Source: Candidatus Komeilibacteria bacterium (GTDB lineage Bacteria > Patescibacteriota > Patescibacteriia > UBA1558). Taken from it: a stretch of DNA of 64,000 nucleotides. Both the position numbers and the translations under genes were made by a program. Below the pieces are notes generated by a model that was not told where the DNA came from, did not search any database, and saw only the letters and a program-made list of their open reading frames with translations. Position 1 is the first letter of the stretch. The number at the start of each line of letters is the position of its first letter. This document shows positions 30,408-40,213 of this stretch, one piece after another. The stretch is taken from assembly GCA_048538235.1 (NCBI GenBank), contig JBLYPX010000001.1, positions 72,013 through 136,012 of the forward strand. Direction: 5' to 3'.

Positions 30408-31535
30408 GTGTCTTGTTCATATGATATATTTTCCTTTATAATTATAGGCGTTAGATATAAAAACATTCTATTAATTAAACAAAAAAATATGGACAATAGT
30501 ATAGAGCTAAAAAAACCATGGTATAAGAAATGGTGGGGAGTGCTGTTAATTATAATTGCCGTTATATATATTCCACCTTTAATAAATTCTAAGAATATGT
30601 CAGATAGTACAAATACCGATAGTCAAAATATTCTAGAAATGAATAAGGTGGGAAACGATATACAAATTGATGGATTTTCAAGGTTTACTTCTAAAGACTG
30701 GGGGTTTTCTGTTCTTTTTCCAGAGGAACCAAAAGAAAACACTTTAGATTTACCAGAAATGACAATTCATAATTTCCAGGCACATAAATTAATTAGTGAA
30801 AATGAACCAATCCAATATAATATTTTTTACAGTGATATTAAAAATGGAAAAATTATGGACAGCGATTCTATCTCTGCTTATTTAAGCAACTACGCTTCTG
30901 GTAAAGCTTCTGCAAGTAACGGCAAGTTAATAAGTAAAAAAGACATAAACTTCCAAGAATTCCCAGCAAACGAATATTCATATATGGATACGGTACTGAA
31001 TATAGAAATGGTGCATAAAGGGGTAATCTTAATTGTTGACGGAGATGCTGTTGAATTGTCGGTTGTATACCCTAGTACACTTAATTCAGACACTGCGAAG
31101 TATGAAGATTTTAAACAATCGTTTGAACTTGAGGCAATTCAGAAGCCGCTATCTTCTGAATATTGGTCTAATGGCATTTTGAAATTTAAACCTCCTGTTA
31201 ATTGGGAAAAAAAAGATTCATCACAAGAAAATAGGATATTAACATATGTAAATGAAGCCGGTCATTCCATTGAATTATATGAATCAAAATTTAATAATCA
31301 AAAAATTTCCTGTAATGATTTACAAAAAGAAGTGGGCGATAAAAACATAGATGATAAAGGTTATATGTATAGAACCTTTCCTAATCCTGACTATAATATT
31401 GATATGGGAATGGTTTTCAAGTGTATTGAAAACAACAATCAAAGTTTTATTCTATCAGGAAAGGCACCAGTAAATACTTTTTTCAGATCTCAACAAATTT
31501 TTCAAGACCTATTGGATTCATTCACTTTTCAATAA
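30408..31535 (+). CDS. Hypothetical membrane-anchored secreted protein
   Basis: The likely true start is the internal Met at about 30489 (MDNSIELKKPWYKKWWGVLLIIIAVIY, a single TM helix). It has a roughly 320-aa extracytoplasmic domain. Confidence 0.45.
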   Translation: MSCSYDIFSFIIIGVRYKNILLIKQKNMDNSIELKKPWYKKWWGVLLIIIAVIYIPPLINSKNMSDSTNTDSQNILEMNKVGNDIQIDGFSRFTSKDWGFSVLFPEEPKENTLDLPEMTIHNFQAHKLISENEPIQYNIFYSDIKNGKIMDSDSISAYLSNYASGKASASNGKLISKKDINFQEFPANEYSYMDTVLNIEMVHKGVILIVDGDAVELSVVYPSTLNSDTAKYEDFKQSFELEAIQKPLSSEYWSNGILKFKPPVNWEKKDSSQENRILTYVNEAGHSIELYESKFNNQKISCNDLQKEVGDKNIDDKGYMYRTFPNPDYNIDMGMVFKCIENNNQSFILSGKAPVNTFFRSQQIFQDLLDSFTFQ

Positions 31536-31547
31536 GAAGTCAATCAT

Positions 31548-32876
31548 TTATTCAACGTATACTTTTTTATTTTTAATGCTAATTAAGCTTTTAAAAGATG
31601 ATATTATTTGCCTCTGTTCTTCAATATTTCCATTAGCTATTAAGAACTTAACGTATTTCTTAACATCAACGTCAGAAATAGTTATATTTGTTTTCTGACC
31701 TAATAAATAACTATTAAACTTTTTATACCTTATAACTTCATCACTTATCTGTTTCTTAATAGCTAAGTTGTTTATATTAACATTATCAATTAGATTGGTC
31801 AGCTGTTTGATTAAATCTGTTTCACTTATATAACCGCACTTACAGTTTTTATCTCTAGATTTTGTGCAACCGTAATAAACATGGCGGGTATAACCACCAT
31901 TCTTTAGTTTCTTAAATTTCTCAGTTGCAGATATACCAGAACCGCACAAACCGCACTTCATTATTTTAGTAAATGCAAATTCTATATTTTCTCTTCTAAC
32001 CAAATCGGATTTTTTAATTTGTTCTTGAACTTGATCGTATAGTTCCTTGCTAACTATTGGTTCGTGTTTTCCTTTGTACCAATTACCCGATCCCCGAGGA
32101 TATTCAAATGAACCATAATAAAATGGAGTACTTAAAGCTCTATATATATTACCAAGACTGAAATGTTTCTTACCCGCTACTGTTCTAAAATTTAGATCAA
32201 ATTTCAGCCAGTGATATAGTTTTCTGCCTGACCATTTTTCATAAGCTACTTTTTCAAACATTTGTTTAATAATTGGTGCACGATCAGGATCTAGTAAACA
32301 TTCTCCTTTATGATCCATACGCTTATCTTTAAAATATCCAGTTGGAGGACAGGTTGGCCATAAACCCATTTCACATCTAGTTCTAAGTCCTCGTTTCACA
32401 TTAATACCTCTATTATCATTTTCTAGTTTAGCTTGAGAACAAAGTATCATTAATAAGAACTTTTCATTTGGTGAATTGCTAAAGGTTTGTCCGTAAGTTC
32501 TAATGCCTAACAATTTTTTAGCATCCATTAGATCAACCAACGATCCAAGATCGCCGGCATTTCTTGAAAGTCTATCTGGTGCCCATGTAAGAATAGCATT
32601 GAATCTATTTTCTGCTATGTCTTGCAATAGCTCCTTAAATATAGGACGTTTATCTGAATCTTTAGCTGACTTCGCCTCTCTTTTTATGTTAATGATTTCT
32701 AAATTTTCACGCTCTGCTATTTGTAGCATTTCTTTAACTTGTGATTCTATTGATAGGGCTTGTCTCTCGTCTGATTCAGTACTTTTTCTAGCATACAAGC
32801 AATACCTTAATTTAACGTCTGGAGCTATTCCAAACTTGGTTTGTTGTGACATATTCATGCCTCCATGATGACACAT
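31548..32876 (-). CDS. Large serine recombinase (resolvase/integrase family)
   Basis: N-terminal catalytic domain motif YARKSTESDERQALSIESQ (the R-x-S-T...Q pattern of serine recombinases). It is followed by a recombinase domain and a C-terminal zinc ribbon (CGLCGS...YYGC). The true start is probably one of the Met residues at positions 7 to 9. Confidence 0.8.
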   Translation of the reverse strand: MCHHGGMNMSQQTKFGIAPDVKLRYCLYARKSTESDERQALSIESQVKEMLQIAERENLEIINIKREAKSAKDSDKRPIFKELLQDIAENRFNAILTWAPDRLSRNAGDLGSLVDLMDAKKLLGIRTYGQTFSNSPNEKFLLMILCSQAKLENDNRGINVKRGLRTRCEMGLWPTCPPTGYFKDKRMDHKGECLLDPDRAPIIKQMFEKVAYEKWSGRKLYHWLKFDLNFRTVAGKKHFSLGNIYRALSTPFYYGSFEYPRGSGNWYKGKHEPIVSKELYDQVQEQIKKSDLVRRENIEFAFTKIMKCGLCGSGISATEKFKKLKNGGYTRHVYYGCTKSRDKNCKCGYISETDLIKQLTNLIDNVNINNLAIKKQISDEVIRYKKFNSYLLGQKTNITISDVDVKKYVKFLIANGNIEEQRQIISSFKSLISIKNKKVYVE

Positions 32877-33047
32877 TTTTTAGACCTTGCTAAGAACTTA
32901 ACTGTCGATAACGTGTTGGCAACTAACCTTAACAAAAGCCTAGATTAGCTATATGATTTATGGACTTATATAGATAAAATCTGTATAATTTAGTTAACAA
33001 TTAGATTGACCTAACCCTCGTAATCTCTATGAGGTATGGTCATAAAT

Positions 33048-33093
33048 CCTCAACTATAGAAATGGTCTTCCGACCAGTATTTCGTAGTTGAGG
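33048..33093. promoter_or_regulatory. 46-bp imperfect dyad (CCTCAACTA ... TAGTTGAGG, with an inner GAAATGGTC/GACCAGTATTTC symmetry) next to the recombinase gene; candidate recombination (att) site
   Basis: The outer arms are perfect 9-bp inverted repeats. The inner arms are near-symmetric around a central TTCC. The size and partial symmetry are typical of large-serine-recombinase att sites. A second GC-rich hairpin (TGATAGC-ACCGCAAGGG-GCTATCA) follows at 33115-33138. Confidence 0.35.
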
Positions 33094-33199
33094 TCTACAT
33101 TCGAAAGGGTGTAGTGATAGCACCGCAAGGGGCTATCAGCTGGTTCGGGGGACCTTTTTTATTTCCTGTGCTAGCCGTAAGATTATTAATTATAAATAT

Positions 33200-34363
33200 A
33201 TGGGATCAACAATTTGTCCATTCTGTAAAGAGGAAATCAAAGAGGATGCAGTCGTTTGTAAACACTGTAATCAAGACCTTTCCAATTTTAGAAAACAAGA
33301 AGTAAATCAGGTAGAAGCTGAAAACAATCTTAAAAAAGAAAAGAACAAAAAGGCTTTGAAAATAGTAGGTATAGTTTTGCTGGTAGCAGTATGTATTAGG
33401 CTTTGGTTTATTTCTATTCCAATTATCGGAATGTGGTATGTGTGGAGTAAAACAAAATGGAATAAAAAACAAAAATATATAGCCTTGGGAGCACTTTGTG
33501 TTCTGGCTATTATTCTTATTAGTATGAATAGTTATATCTCTCAACCACCAACAATTACTATTTTAGAACCAACGAACAATTTTACTACTGATGCCGATAG
33601 TGTAACTATTAAGGGCTTTGTTAAGCCTATTGATGTAGAGTTATTGTTTAATAATCAACCGATTGTAATTCAATCTGACGGTAGTTTCAGCAAAGACATA
33701 GCTTTGGGTAACGAGGTGAATACCGTTTCGTTTAAAGCTACAGATAACGATAAAGTTACAGAACAAACATTAACAATAAATCGTACTTTTACGGAAGAAC
33801 AAAAAGCTGAATTAGAAAAAACAAGAAAAGAAGCAGCCGAGAAAGCTAAGACTGATCAAATTACTAAAGATAAAGAACAGTTACAACGTGAATTGGATTC
33901 TTTCAATACTCCATTTGATAGCTCTGCCTACAGGGGCAGTGCTGATGCTTTAACTATGGAGGCGGTAATATTTAATGTGTGGGCTCAACTGATTAATGAA
34001 TATAAAGAGAGTTCTGACTTGGAATTAAAATCTATGGCTAATCAGCTTGAACAGAAGGTTTCACAACTACAGGTCAAAGAATTTCCCTTAATGAGAAAAA
34101 ACTATGCCGATATGCTTGCCGAAAAATTATGGGAGGAAAATTTAGAAGTTGTAATCAAAGGAAGTAGTAATGATACGCTAGAATTGATCTCTGGAGTTTT
34201 TGCAAGTAACAAAAACATAGCTGATATACAATCAACCATTGAAAGCATGTTAGAATTATTGCGTTTTAGTAGAGTTAATTATAAATGGTATAAGTATGAT
34301 TCAGACTACACCCATTATACTATTGACAGTGAATATGATAGTGAGGTGGTTTTTACAAACTAA
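33200..34363 (+). CDS. Zinc-ribbon membrane protein with an extracytoplasmic domain and a coiled-coil region
   Basis: CPFCKEE...CKHCNQ zinc ribbon at the N-terminus and two TM helices. The C-terminal region is coiled-coil prone (EEQKAELEKTRKEAAEKAK). Confidence 0.45.
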   Translation: MGSTICPFCKEEIKEDAVVCKHCNQDLSNFRKQEVNQVEAENNLKKEKNKKALKIVGIVLLVAVCIRLWFISIPIIGMWYVWSKTKWNKKQKYIALGALCVLAIILISMNSYISQPPTITILEPTNNFTTDADSVTIKGFVKPIDVELLFNNQPIVIQSDGSFSKDIALGNEVNTVSFKATDNDKVTEQTLTINRTFTEEQKAELEKTRKEAAEKAKTDQITKDKEQLQRELDSFNTPFDSSAYRGSADALTMEAVIFNVWAQLINEYKESSDLELKSMANQLEQKVSQLQVKEFPLMRKNYADMLAEKLWEENLEVVIKGSSNDTLELISGVFASNKNIADIQSTIESMLELLRFSRVNYKWYKYDSDYTHYTIDSEYDSEVVFTN

Positions 34364-35856
34364 AAGAAAAATACTCTTGGAACGCAGGGTCTGTGTTCAG
34401 ATACACTGAGGACAAGATTGGAAAAAGCGTCGGCTAAATCATCATGTTTTTCTACTCCGAAGTGAATGATTTGCTGTATAAGTTGTTCAGCTCCATGTCT
34501 GGGAAACAATATTTGCCCTGTTTTAATCAGATTAGCAGTTAAGACCAATCTACTACGTTTATCTTGAAGACCAGGTCTAGTTGTCATAACATTAACTATT
34601 CCTTCACTTTTTAATTGTTGAGGTAGTGCTTTTTGATAAGCCACATCTTCAATAATAAATGTAGGGTGCGTGCCTTTACCTTTATAACTTTCATCTAACA
34701 ATTTGCAGACATCTACAGTCTCGGGAAAATTCATCCGTTTATTTATTATTTTAGGTAAGATATATATCTTATAGTCGGTTTTAGTTTCATATAAAAGTCC
34801 CGGAACCATAGCAGTATAATCTGCTATATTGCTTTTAGAAATGGCCGGGTCAATGCCAATCCTTACCTCGGTGTGAGAAGTGAAGATGTCATCAAATTTC
34901 ATTGGTGGTGGTATCTCGTCATAGTAATGAATCCATTCTGGAAATATAGCTTGATCTTCATCTGGAACAATATTAAGTAAGTACTCACGTTGCCAAGCAA
35001 TATCATTACCTATCTTTTTTCTCTCATTATCTAAGTCTTGTGTAGTTGGATATTTGCCAGGCCACAAACACTTTCCTTTATTATCAACTAAAGGGAAAAA
35101 TAGAAATTTGCCATCAATCCATTGTTTATCTATTTCGTCCTTTAATCTCATTAAAAGTGAATCTTCGTGAAGTAGGTTACCAACCACAATTAACCTCGTG
35201 TTAATATCTCCAGCTGGTAAGACCTCTCCTTTTAGCCATTGGTGTGTTTTGTTTCTACTTTCACGCGTCTTAGTTGATGCCATATTCTCAACATCATCGC
35301 ATATGATTAAATCTGGCCTATGTTCATGATGTCTAAGCCCGCGGATACTTTGTTCTGCAGATGCTACAGTAATTCTTGCACCTGTATTGGAAAAGACAAG
35401 CGATTGAGAACCCCATTCATCTTTATCTTCTTGAAAAGGGCCGAGGTCTTTTTTAAGTAAGTCATTATCTTCTAATTCGTTTCGTAAATTCATCATGTGC
35501 TGTTTTGCTTGAGCTTGTGTTTGGCAAAAAACAATAACAAATTTCTTTTGCTGTTTTCCCAGTATTGCCCAAATTGGATAGGCTGTAGTAACCATTGTAG
35601 ATTTACCAGAGCCTCTGAAGGCAACAATAAATAAATTGCTTTTATCGTCTGATTCAACCAAGTGAATTATTTCCTTTTGGAAATCAGCTGTTGCATATTT
35701 AACATAATGAGCATAGTAAAAGTGGAAAAAGTAGGAAAAGCTTTCTTTGGTTATTGCTGTTCTTACTTTTTTATCTTTTGTCATTTGATCTACAAGATCT
35801 TGTGGTATTATTTTATTTATCATCTTTTTTATCGGGTAATGGTAAAATTTGTGCAA
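34360..35856 (-). CDS. Phage terminase large subunit (PBSX/Terminase_6-like)
   Basis: Walker A AFRGSGKST, Walker B LIICDDVEN, and a C-terminal RNase-H-like nuclease with IGIDPA and DDLADAF acidic motifs. It overlaps the upstream TerS-like gene by 44 nt. Confidence 0.7.
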   Translation of the reverse strand: MHKFYHYPIKKMINKIIPQDLVDQMTKDKKVRTAITKESFSYFFHFYYAHYVKYATADFQKEIIHLVESDDKSNLFIVAFRGSGKSTMVTTAYPIWAILGKQQKKFVIVFCQTQAQAKQHMMNLRNELEDNDLLKKDLGPFQEDKDEWGSQSLVFSNTGARITVASAEQSIRGLRHHEHRPDLIICDDVENMASTKTRESRNKTHQWLKGEVLPAGDINTRLIVVGNLLHEDSLLMRLKDEIDKQWIDGKFLFFPLVDNKGKCLWPGKYPTTQDLDNERKKIGNDIAWQREYLLNIVPDEDQAIFPEWIHYYDEIPPPMKFDDIFTSHTEVRIGIDPAISKSNIADYTAMVPGLLYETKTDYKIYILPKIINKRMNFPETVDVCKLLDESYKGKGTHPTFIIEDVAYQKALPQQLKSEGIVNVMTTRPGLQDKRSRLVLTANLIKTGQILFPRHGAEQLIQQIIHFGVEKHDDLADAFSNLVLSVSEHRPCVPRVFFF

Positions 35857-36217
35857 GTTTTAAGGCTTTTTGCACTATTTCAGCCTGAGCGGAGGTAAGC
35901 TCACCTGAATCCTCAATTTTAGATGTAACCTCCATTTTGTCTTTAAATTTAGGATTCCTATGATTAAGCCAAAATCTTATAGCAGAAAAGTTCTTTTCTT
36001 TTATAAGCGTAAGTAATTGGCTTTCTGACATATCATTAACAAGAGCTTCTCCTTCGGCGATTGCTTCATCCACAGCTTTGGAAAACTTTTTATCTTCTCT
36101 CTTCCACCTATAAATACTATTTCTAGATATACCTGTTTTTTCGCAAGCAACTTGTACTATGGGAACTTTTTTAAGTTCTGCTAAAAATATATTTTTAACT
36201 CTATTTTTCTTAGACAT
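35813..36217 (-). CDS. Terminase small subunit-like HTH protein
   Basis: A 134-aa protein with an N-terminal HTH (VACEKTGISRNSIYRWK). Its position immediately upstream of and overlapping TerL is typical of TerS. Confidence 0.5.
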   Translation of the reverse strand: MSKKNRVKNIFLAELKKVPIVQVACEKTGISRNSIYRWKREDKKFSKAVDEAIAEGEALVNDMSESQLLTLIKEKNFSAIRFWLNHRNPKFKDKMEVTSKIEDSGELTSAQAEIVQKALKLAQILPLPDKKDDK

Positions 36218-37487
36218 CGTGTTTAACCACCGCCTTTCTGCCAGTTAATTTTTCATATCTTCTGATAATCAAATCACAAAATATGGGTTCTAGCTCCATG
36301 GCATAAACCTTTCTTTTTAATTGTTCACCAGCGATTATAGTACTACCTGAACCAGCAAAAGAATCCAAAATTATATCTCCTGGTTTTGTACACCTACGAA
36401 TTGCCTTTTCGTGAAGTTTAGGAGGTTTACTCGTCGCATGCTCATAGCTTTGACCTGATAATCTTTTTACAAACCAAGTATCAAGGTTGTCAAAGGCTTC
36501 ATCAAGTAGACTATTACCAGTAGTCATCTCCTTATTCAGTACTTCATTAAGATTTTGAATTTGTGGTGCTATGTATGGCTTTCCAATTGTTCCATACACA
36601 TTTGGTTCATAACACTTATTAAAAGCTATTTTAGGGGTAGGGCTTTGAGAATTCTTCAACCACAGACAAACACGCTTGTTAACTATATTAAGTTCCCTAT
36701 ATAGTTCTTGAAATAAACCAATGAAACTTTGGTCACACCAATAGAACACGTGACAATCTGACTTAATTGTTAATAGGGCAGTAGTTAGACTATCTCTTAT
36801 AAAGTTTTTGTACTCTTCATAAGTACGATTGTCCTTTACGTTCCCACCGTAGTCGTTTTTGCCACCTATGCCCTTAGAATAGTTTAAATTTATATTATAA
36901 GGGGGGTCAGAATAGATCATTGAGGCTTTTTTGTTTCCAAATAATCTCTTGATGTTCTTAAGGTCGGTACAACTACCACACAGTAATCTATGTGGTCCTA
37001 AATAAATTAAGTCACCCAGTTTAGTTTTAGGTTTCTTGATTTTCTTAAGTTCTTCTTCAACACTAAAATCCTCATCTTTAATCTCAAGCTCCTCGTCCCA
37101 TATTTTAGATAAATCAACATCGTCAAATCCAATGTCTGTCAAAAGATCTAATTCAAACGACTTGAGCTTAGCAAAATCCCAATCACCACCTAGAGCATTA
37201 CTAGCAATAAGGTAGCGTTCAGATTCTTGTTTGGTAAGTTTTCTGTTAGGAATTCTTACGTCTATAAGCTCATTACCTCGACCAAGTAATTGCAAAGCCT
37301 TGATCCTTTGATGGCCTGCTAGTATTTTGCCATTTGAATCAATGGCTGGGATTTCCACTAAATTGAACTTTTTTAAGTTCTTTTTTAAGTCCGACATTTG
37401 CTTATCGGAAATAGTACGAGGATTAATGTCTTGTGGAATAAGATCGTTAACTCGTTTTTGCACTGTGTGCCATTTCAGTTTTTCCAT
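36210..37487 (-). CDS. ParB-like nuclease domain fused to an N6/N4 DNA methyltransferase (phage-type)
   Basis: An N-terminal ParB/Srx-like region, then methyltransferase motif IV SDPPY (MIYSDPPYNINLNY) preceding motif I DSFAGSGSTIIAGEQL (beta-class order). This gene arrangement is common beside phage terminase genes. Confidence 0.75.
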   Translation of the reverse strand: MEKLKWHTVQKRVNDLIPQDINPRTISDKQMSDLKKNLKKFNLVEIPAIDSNGKILAGHQRIKALQLLGRGNELIDVRIPNRKLTKQESERYLIASNALGGDWDFAKLKSFELDLLTDIGFDDVDLSKIWDEELEIKDEDFSVEEELKKIKKPKTKLGDLIYLGPHRLLCGSCTDLKNIKRLFGNKKASMIYSDPPYNINLNYSKGIGGKNDYGGNVKDNRTYEEYKNFIRDSLTTALLTIKSDCHVFYWCDQSFIGLFQELYRELNIVNKRVCLWLKNSQSPTPKIAFNKCYEPNVYGTIGKPYIAPQIQNLNEVLNKEMTTGNSLLDEAFDNLDTWFVKRLSGQSYEHATSKPPKLHEKAIRRCTKPGDIILDSFAGSGSTIIAGEQLKRKVYAMELEPIFCDLIIRRYEKLTGRKAVVKHDV

Positions 37488-37532
37488 TTCGATTGCATTT
37501 ACTTATTAAATGGATGTACGGAAAAACAAAAA

Positions 37533-37600
37533 ATGCCTATTCCGCACACAAAATAGATAAGACTAAGTCTTTGTTCTATTTCTTGCGCGGAATAGGCATG
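37533..37600. repeat. 68-bp imperfect inverted repeat with a nested palindrome
   Basis: Arms ATGCCTATTCCGCACACAAAATAGA and TCTATTTCTTGCGCGGAATAGGCAT match 22 of 25 positions. The loop contains AGACT-A-AGTCT. It lies between the stop of the 129-aa gene and the start of the ParB-methyltransferase gene. Confidence 0.5.
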
Positions 37601-37666
37601 TTTCCTAAAAAAGATACACTATTCTTCTTTTTACTACGCTTATATTTAGCTGTTAAAGGTATTGTA

Positions 37667-38056
37667 TCATATTTTCGACCCTTTGGCAATCCCCCTGACT
37701 ATTCTTTTACCTTTTTTACTGCTAATAAACTGCTTAGTATCTTCGCTTGGGTATATAGGAATTTCTTTTGGTACTTGTATAAAGACACGTTTTCCTTGTT
37801 TTTCATATTCTGCAATCATTGATTTTAAATCAGGATCATTCTTTATTAATTCTAAAAATGATTCATTTTTACCCAATTCTTCTATATTTCTATAAATTCT
37901 ACCAGGTTCTTTATTATCTATATATTTTTTAATAGTTTTAGAAGTAGAGCTTTGTCTTTTATAGGCTGTATGTAATTTAATATCCGTAATTGATAAAACA
38001 ATATCATTTTTATTCGGACCCTTTTTAGGTTTTTTTATCCTTAATTCGTATTCCAT
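37667..38056 (-). CDS. Hypothetical basic protein
   Basis: A 129-aa K-rich protein heading the ParB-methyltransferase/TerS/TerL gene string. Confidence 0.35.
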   Translation of the reverse strand: MEYELRIKKPKKGPNKNDIVLSITDIKLHTAYKRQSSTSKTIKKYIDNKEPGRIYRNIEELGKNESFLELIKNDPDLKSMIAEYEKQGKRVFIQVPKEIPIYPSEDTKQFISSKKGKRIVRGIAKGSKI

Positions 38057-38096
38057 AGCTTGATTTTCCCATTTTTTAGAGGTAAAGTAAAGTCAT

Positions 38097-38771
38097 ATGG
38101 AATTATCTGATAAAACAATTAAAGAATTTAAGAATATCTACAAAAAAGAATATAATAAGGATATTTCTGATAAAGACGCTCGTGAAAGTGCTCATAATTT
38201 AGTTCATTTCGTAGAACTTTTACGCGATCAGGCAATTTTAGACTATAAACGCACAGAAAAGTTAAAAGAAAATCCTAAAGGATTTCATTTAGAGGGTATT
38301 GGATATACTTGTTTTATTTGTAGGGATTCTATTTCAAATGAAGAAACTTGGTATGACAAATGGGGTATAAAATGTTTAACTTGCCAAAAAGCTATCGATA
38401 AAAAGATTATTCCTGCATCTGTGGCTAAAAATGAAAATAGTTGGTATTCAAAATATGATTTAGAGAGTAGATTTAATATAGATAGACATGCGATGAACAA
38501 ACTCATTAAGGCAGAGATATTAATTCCTCGTATAGTACCAAATCACCTAGGAGGAGCCCACGTTCATTTATTTTTGATTAAAGATAATGAAGATATATTG
38601 CCACCAAAAGAATTGACTCAATCACAGCTAGTGAAGGAAGTGGGAGAAGACGGTAAAGAATGGTTTCACTCTGAACCATGGTATAAGTTTGTAGACCCTT
38701 TTAAACATTTGGAGGGTTATAAGATAATGAATTATTTAAGACTTAAAGAATATGATAAAACAAAAAAATGA
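38097..38771 (+). CDS. Zinc-finger protein (C-x2-C-x17-C-x2-C)
   Basis: CFICRDS...CLTCQKA. It is the first gene of a three-gene overlapping operon. Confidence 0.4.
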   Translation: MELSDKTIKEFKNIYKKEYNKDISDKDARESAHNLVHFVELLRDQAILDYKRTEKLKENPKGFHLEGIGYTCFICRDSISNEETWYDKWGIKCLTCQKAIDKKIIPASVAKNENSWYSKYDLESRFNIDRHAMNKLIKAEILIPRIVPNHLGGAHVHLFLIKDNEDILPPKELTQSQLVKEVGEDGKEWFHSEPWYKFVDPFKHLEGYKIMNYLRLKEYDKTKK

Positions 38772-39378
38772 AAAATTAGTCGATGAAAATAATATATCAG
38801 TTATTGCAGAATCTCCCTATTTGATAAAATCAAATAAAGAAAAGTGTAAAAAAATTATAGGTAAAGAACCTGATGTCAGTCCAAATTCTCGGGCAGATTT
38901 TCTTATAAGTTTGCATTTAGTTCTGGAATTGAGCTTGAATGCTTTGTTGCGTGAAATTATAGTTAATAACCTGCAGAAAAAAATTGACAAATCCAAAATT
39001 GTAAATAATTTAGATAAAATATCTTTTATAGAAAAAATCACATTGTTTGTATATATGGAAAAATATAAGTTTGATTATGATGAAATTGAAAAAGCTGATG
39101 AGTATCACAGTATAATTGGAAAAATGAAAGAATTTTCTAAAACTAGAAATTTATTGATGCATGGTAGCATGATCGGATCTTTCCTTGATGATCATTCAAG
39201 TCCGACAACAGCTACAAGCGTACTTACACCTGAGCACATGAATGAACAAATAGAAAATTTTAAATATATACTCGAGGGAGTAAAGTTTTATTTGAATCAT
39301 TTGAAAAATTGTACTTTCAATAAAAAAGAGTTAATAGATAAATTTTTAAATACTGATTTTTTGTCTAAACAAATATGA
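38752..39378 (+). CDS. Helical protein with an Rx4H motif (possible HEPN-like)
   Basis: KTRNLLMHGS gives R-x4-H in a predicted helical context. It overlaps both neighbours (20 nt and 4 nt). Confidence 0.3.
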   Translation: MIKQKNEKLVDENNISVIAESPYLIKSNKEKCKKIIGKEPDVSPNSRADFLISLHLVLELSLNALLREIIVNNLQKKIDKSKIVNNLDKISFIEKITLFVYMEKYKFDYDEIEKADEYHSIIGKMKEFSKTRNLLMHGSMIGSFLDDHSSPTTATSVLTPEHMNEQIENFKYILEGVKFYLNHLKNCTFNKKELIDKFLNTDFLSKQI

Positions 39379-39950
39379 CCGCGACAATGAATAAGGAAGA
39401 ATTTGATTTTAAAAAACAAGGAGTAGCAATAGTAACTATTTCCAGTTGTCTAGATATATTGAATTTAATAGTTGAAGGTTCTTTCAGGAAGGGTACGCCT
39501 TATTTTTTGGAAAGTTTATTCGTGCGACTTAGGCATCTGTCATACTTTTTTTCTAGCAAAAAGTCACCTTTGATCAAATATAGAGATAAGTTTAGCCAGC
39601 AAGAATTGGATATTATAGACAAAATTATTAATGCGCGTGGGGCTGCCGCTCACCCAGAATCAGAATCTCATTGGTTGAATGGTTATATAATGATTAGTGG
39701 AGCAATGAATTTTAACAATGGGGATGTTGGTGTTCAATATGGTTCCAATATTATTTTTTTAAAAAAAGAGATTATTCCTGTGTATAAGAAATTTAGAGAG
39801 ATTTTTTCTCAAGCACCAGAACTATCTGACTCTATAAATCGTCTTAGTTGGGAAATGGATGATAAAAAGTTTGAAAAGTTGGAAAAAGAAATTACTGATT
39901 TATTAAAAGAACCAACTAAACTTTTTAAGGATAGACTGGATTACACGTAG
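39375..39950 (+). CDS. Helical protein with an Rx4H motif (possible HEPN-like)
   Basis: INARGAAAHPES gives R-x4-H. It is translationally coupled to the preceding gene by an ATGA overlap. Confidence 0.3.
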   Translation: MTATMNKEEFDFKKQGVAIVTISSCLDILNLIVEGSFRKGTPYFLESLFVRLRHLSYFFSSKKSPLIKYRDKFSQQELDIIDKIINARGAAAHPESESHWLNGYIMISGAMNFNNGDVGVQYGSNIIFLKKEIIPVYKKFREIFSQAPELSDSINRLSWEMDDKKFEKLEKEITDLLKEPTKLFKDRLDYT

Positions 39951-40213
39951 TTGTAACATTAATAATCTATTTGTGTCACTTTTGTCACTTTTATAGTGCA
40001 CGAGGATCTTATTTATCAAAGTTATAAAATATAGTAAAATAACCTTACTGGGCTTGAAAAACCAACGGTTCCAGCACGAAGTAGCCCGCCAGTTTGTATT
40101 GATTGATTATAGCTAAACATTCAATTAATGGGTGTTTTTTTGTTTGTGCTAGCTTGATTTTATAGGCTCTGAGGTGTATTTTATATTCGTATTAAAAGAA
40201 ATTAATTTTTAAA

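Noticed and set aside
33114-33305. A 63-aa plus-strand ORF overlapping the start of the 387-aa gene
   Set aside because: It begins inside the GC-rich dyad/hairpin region and overlaps the better-supported downstream gene in another frame. It is likely non-coding.
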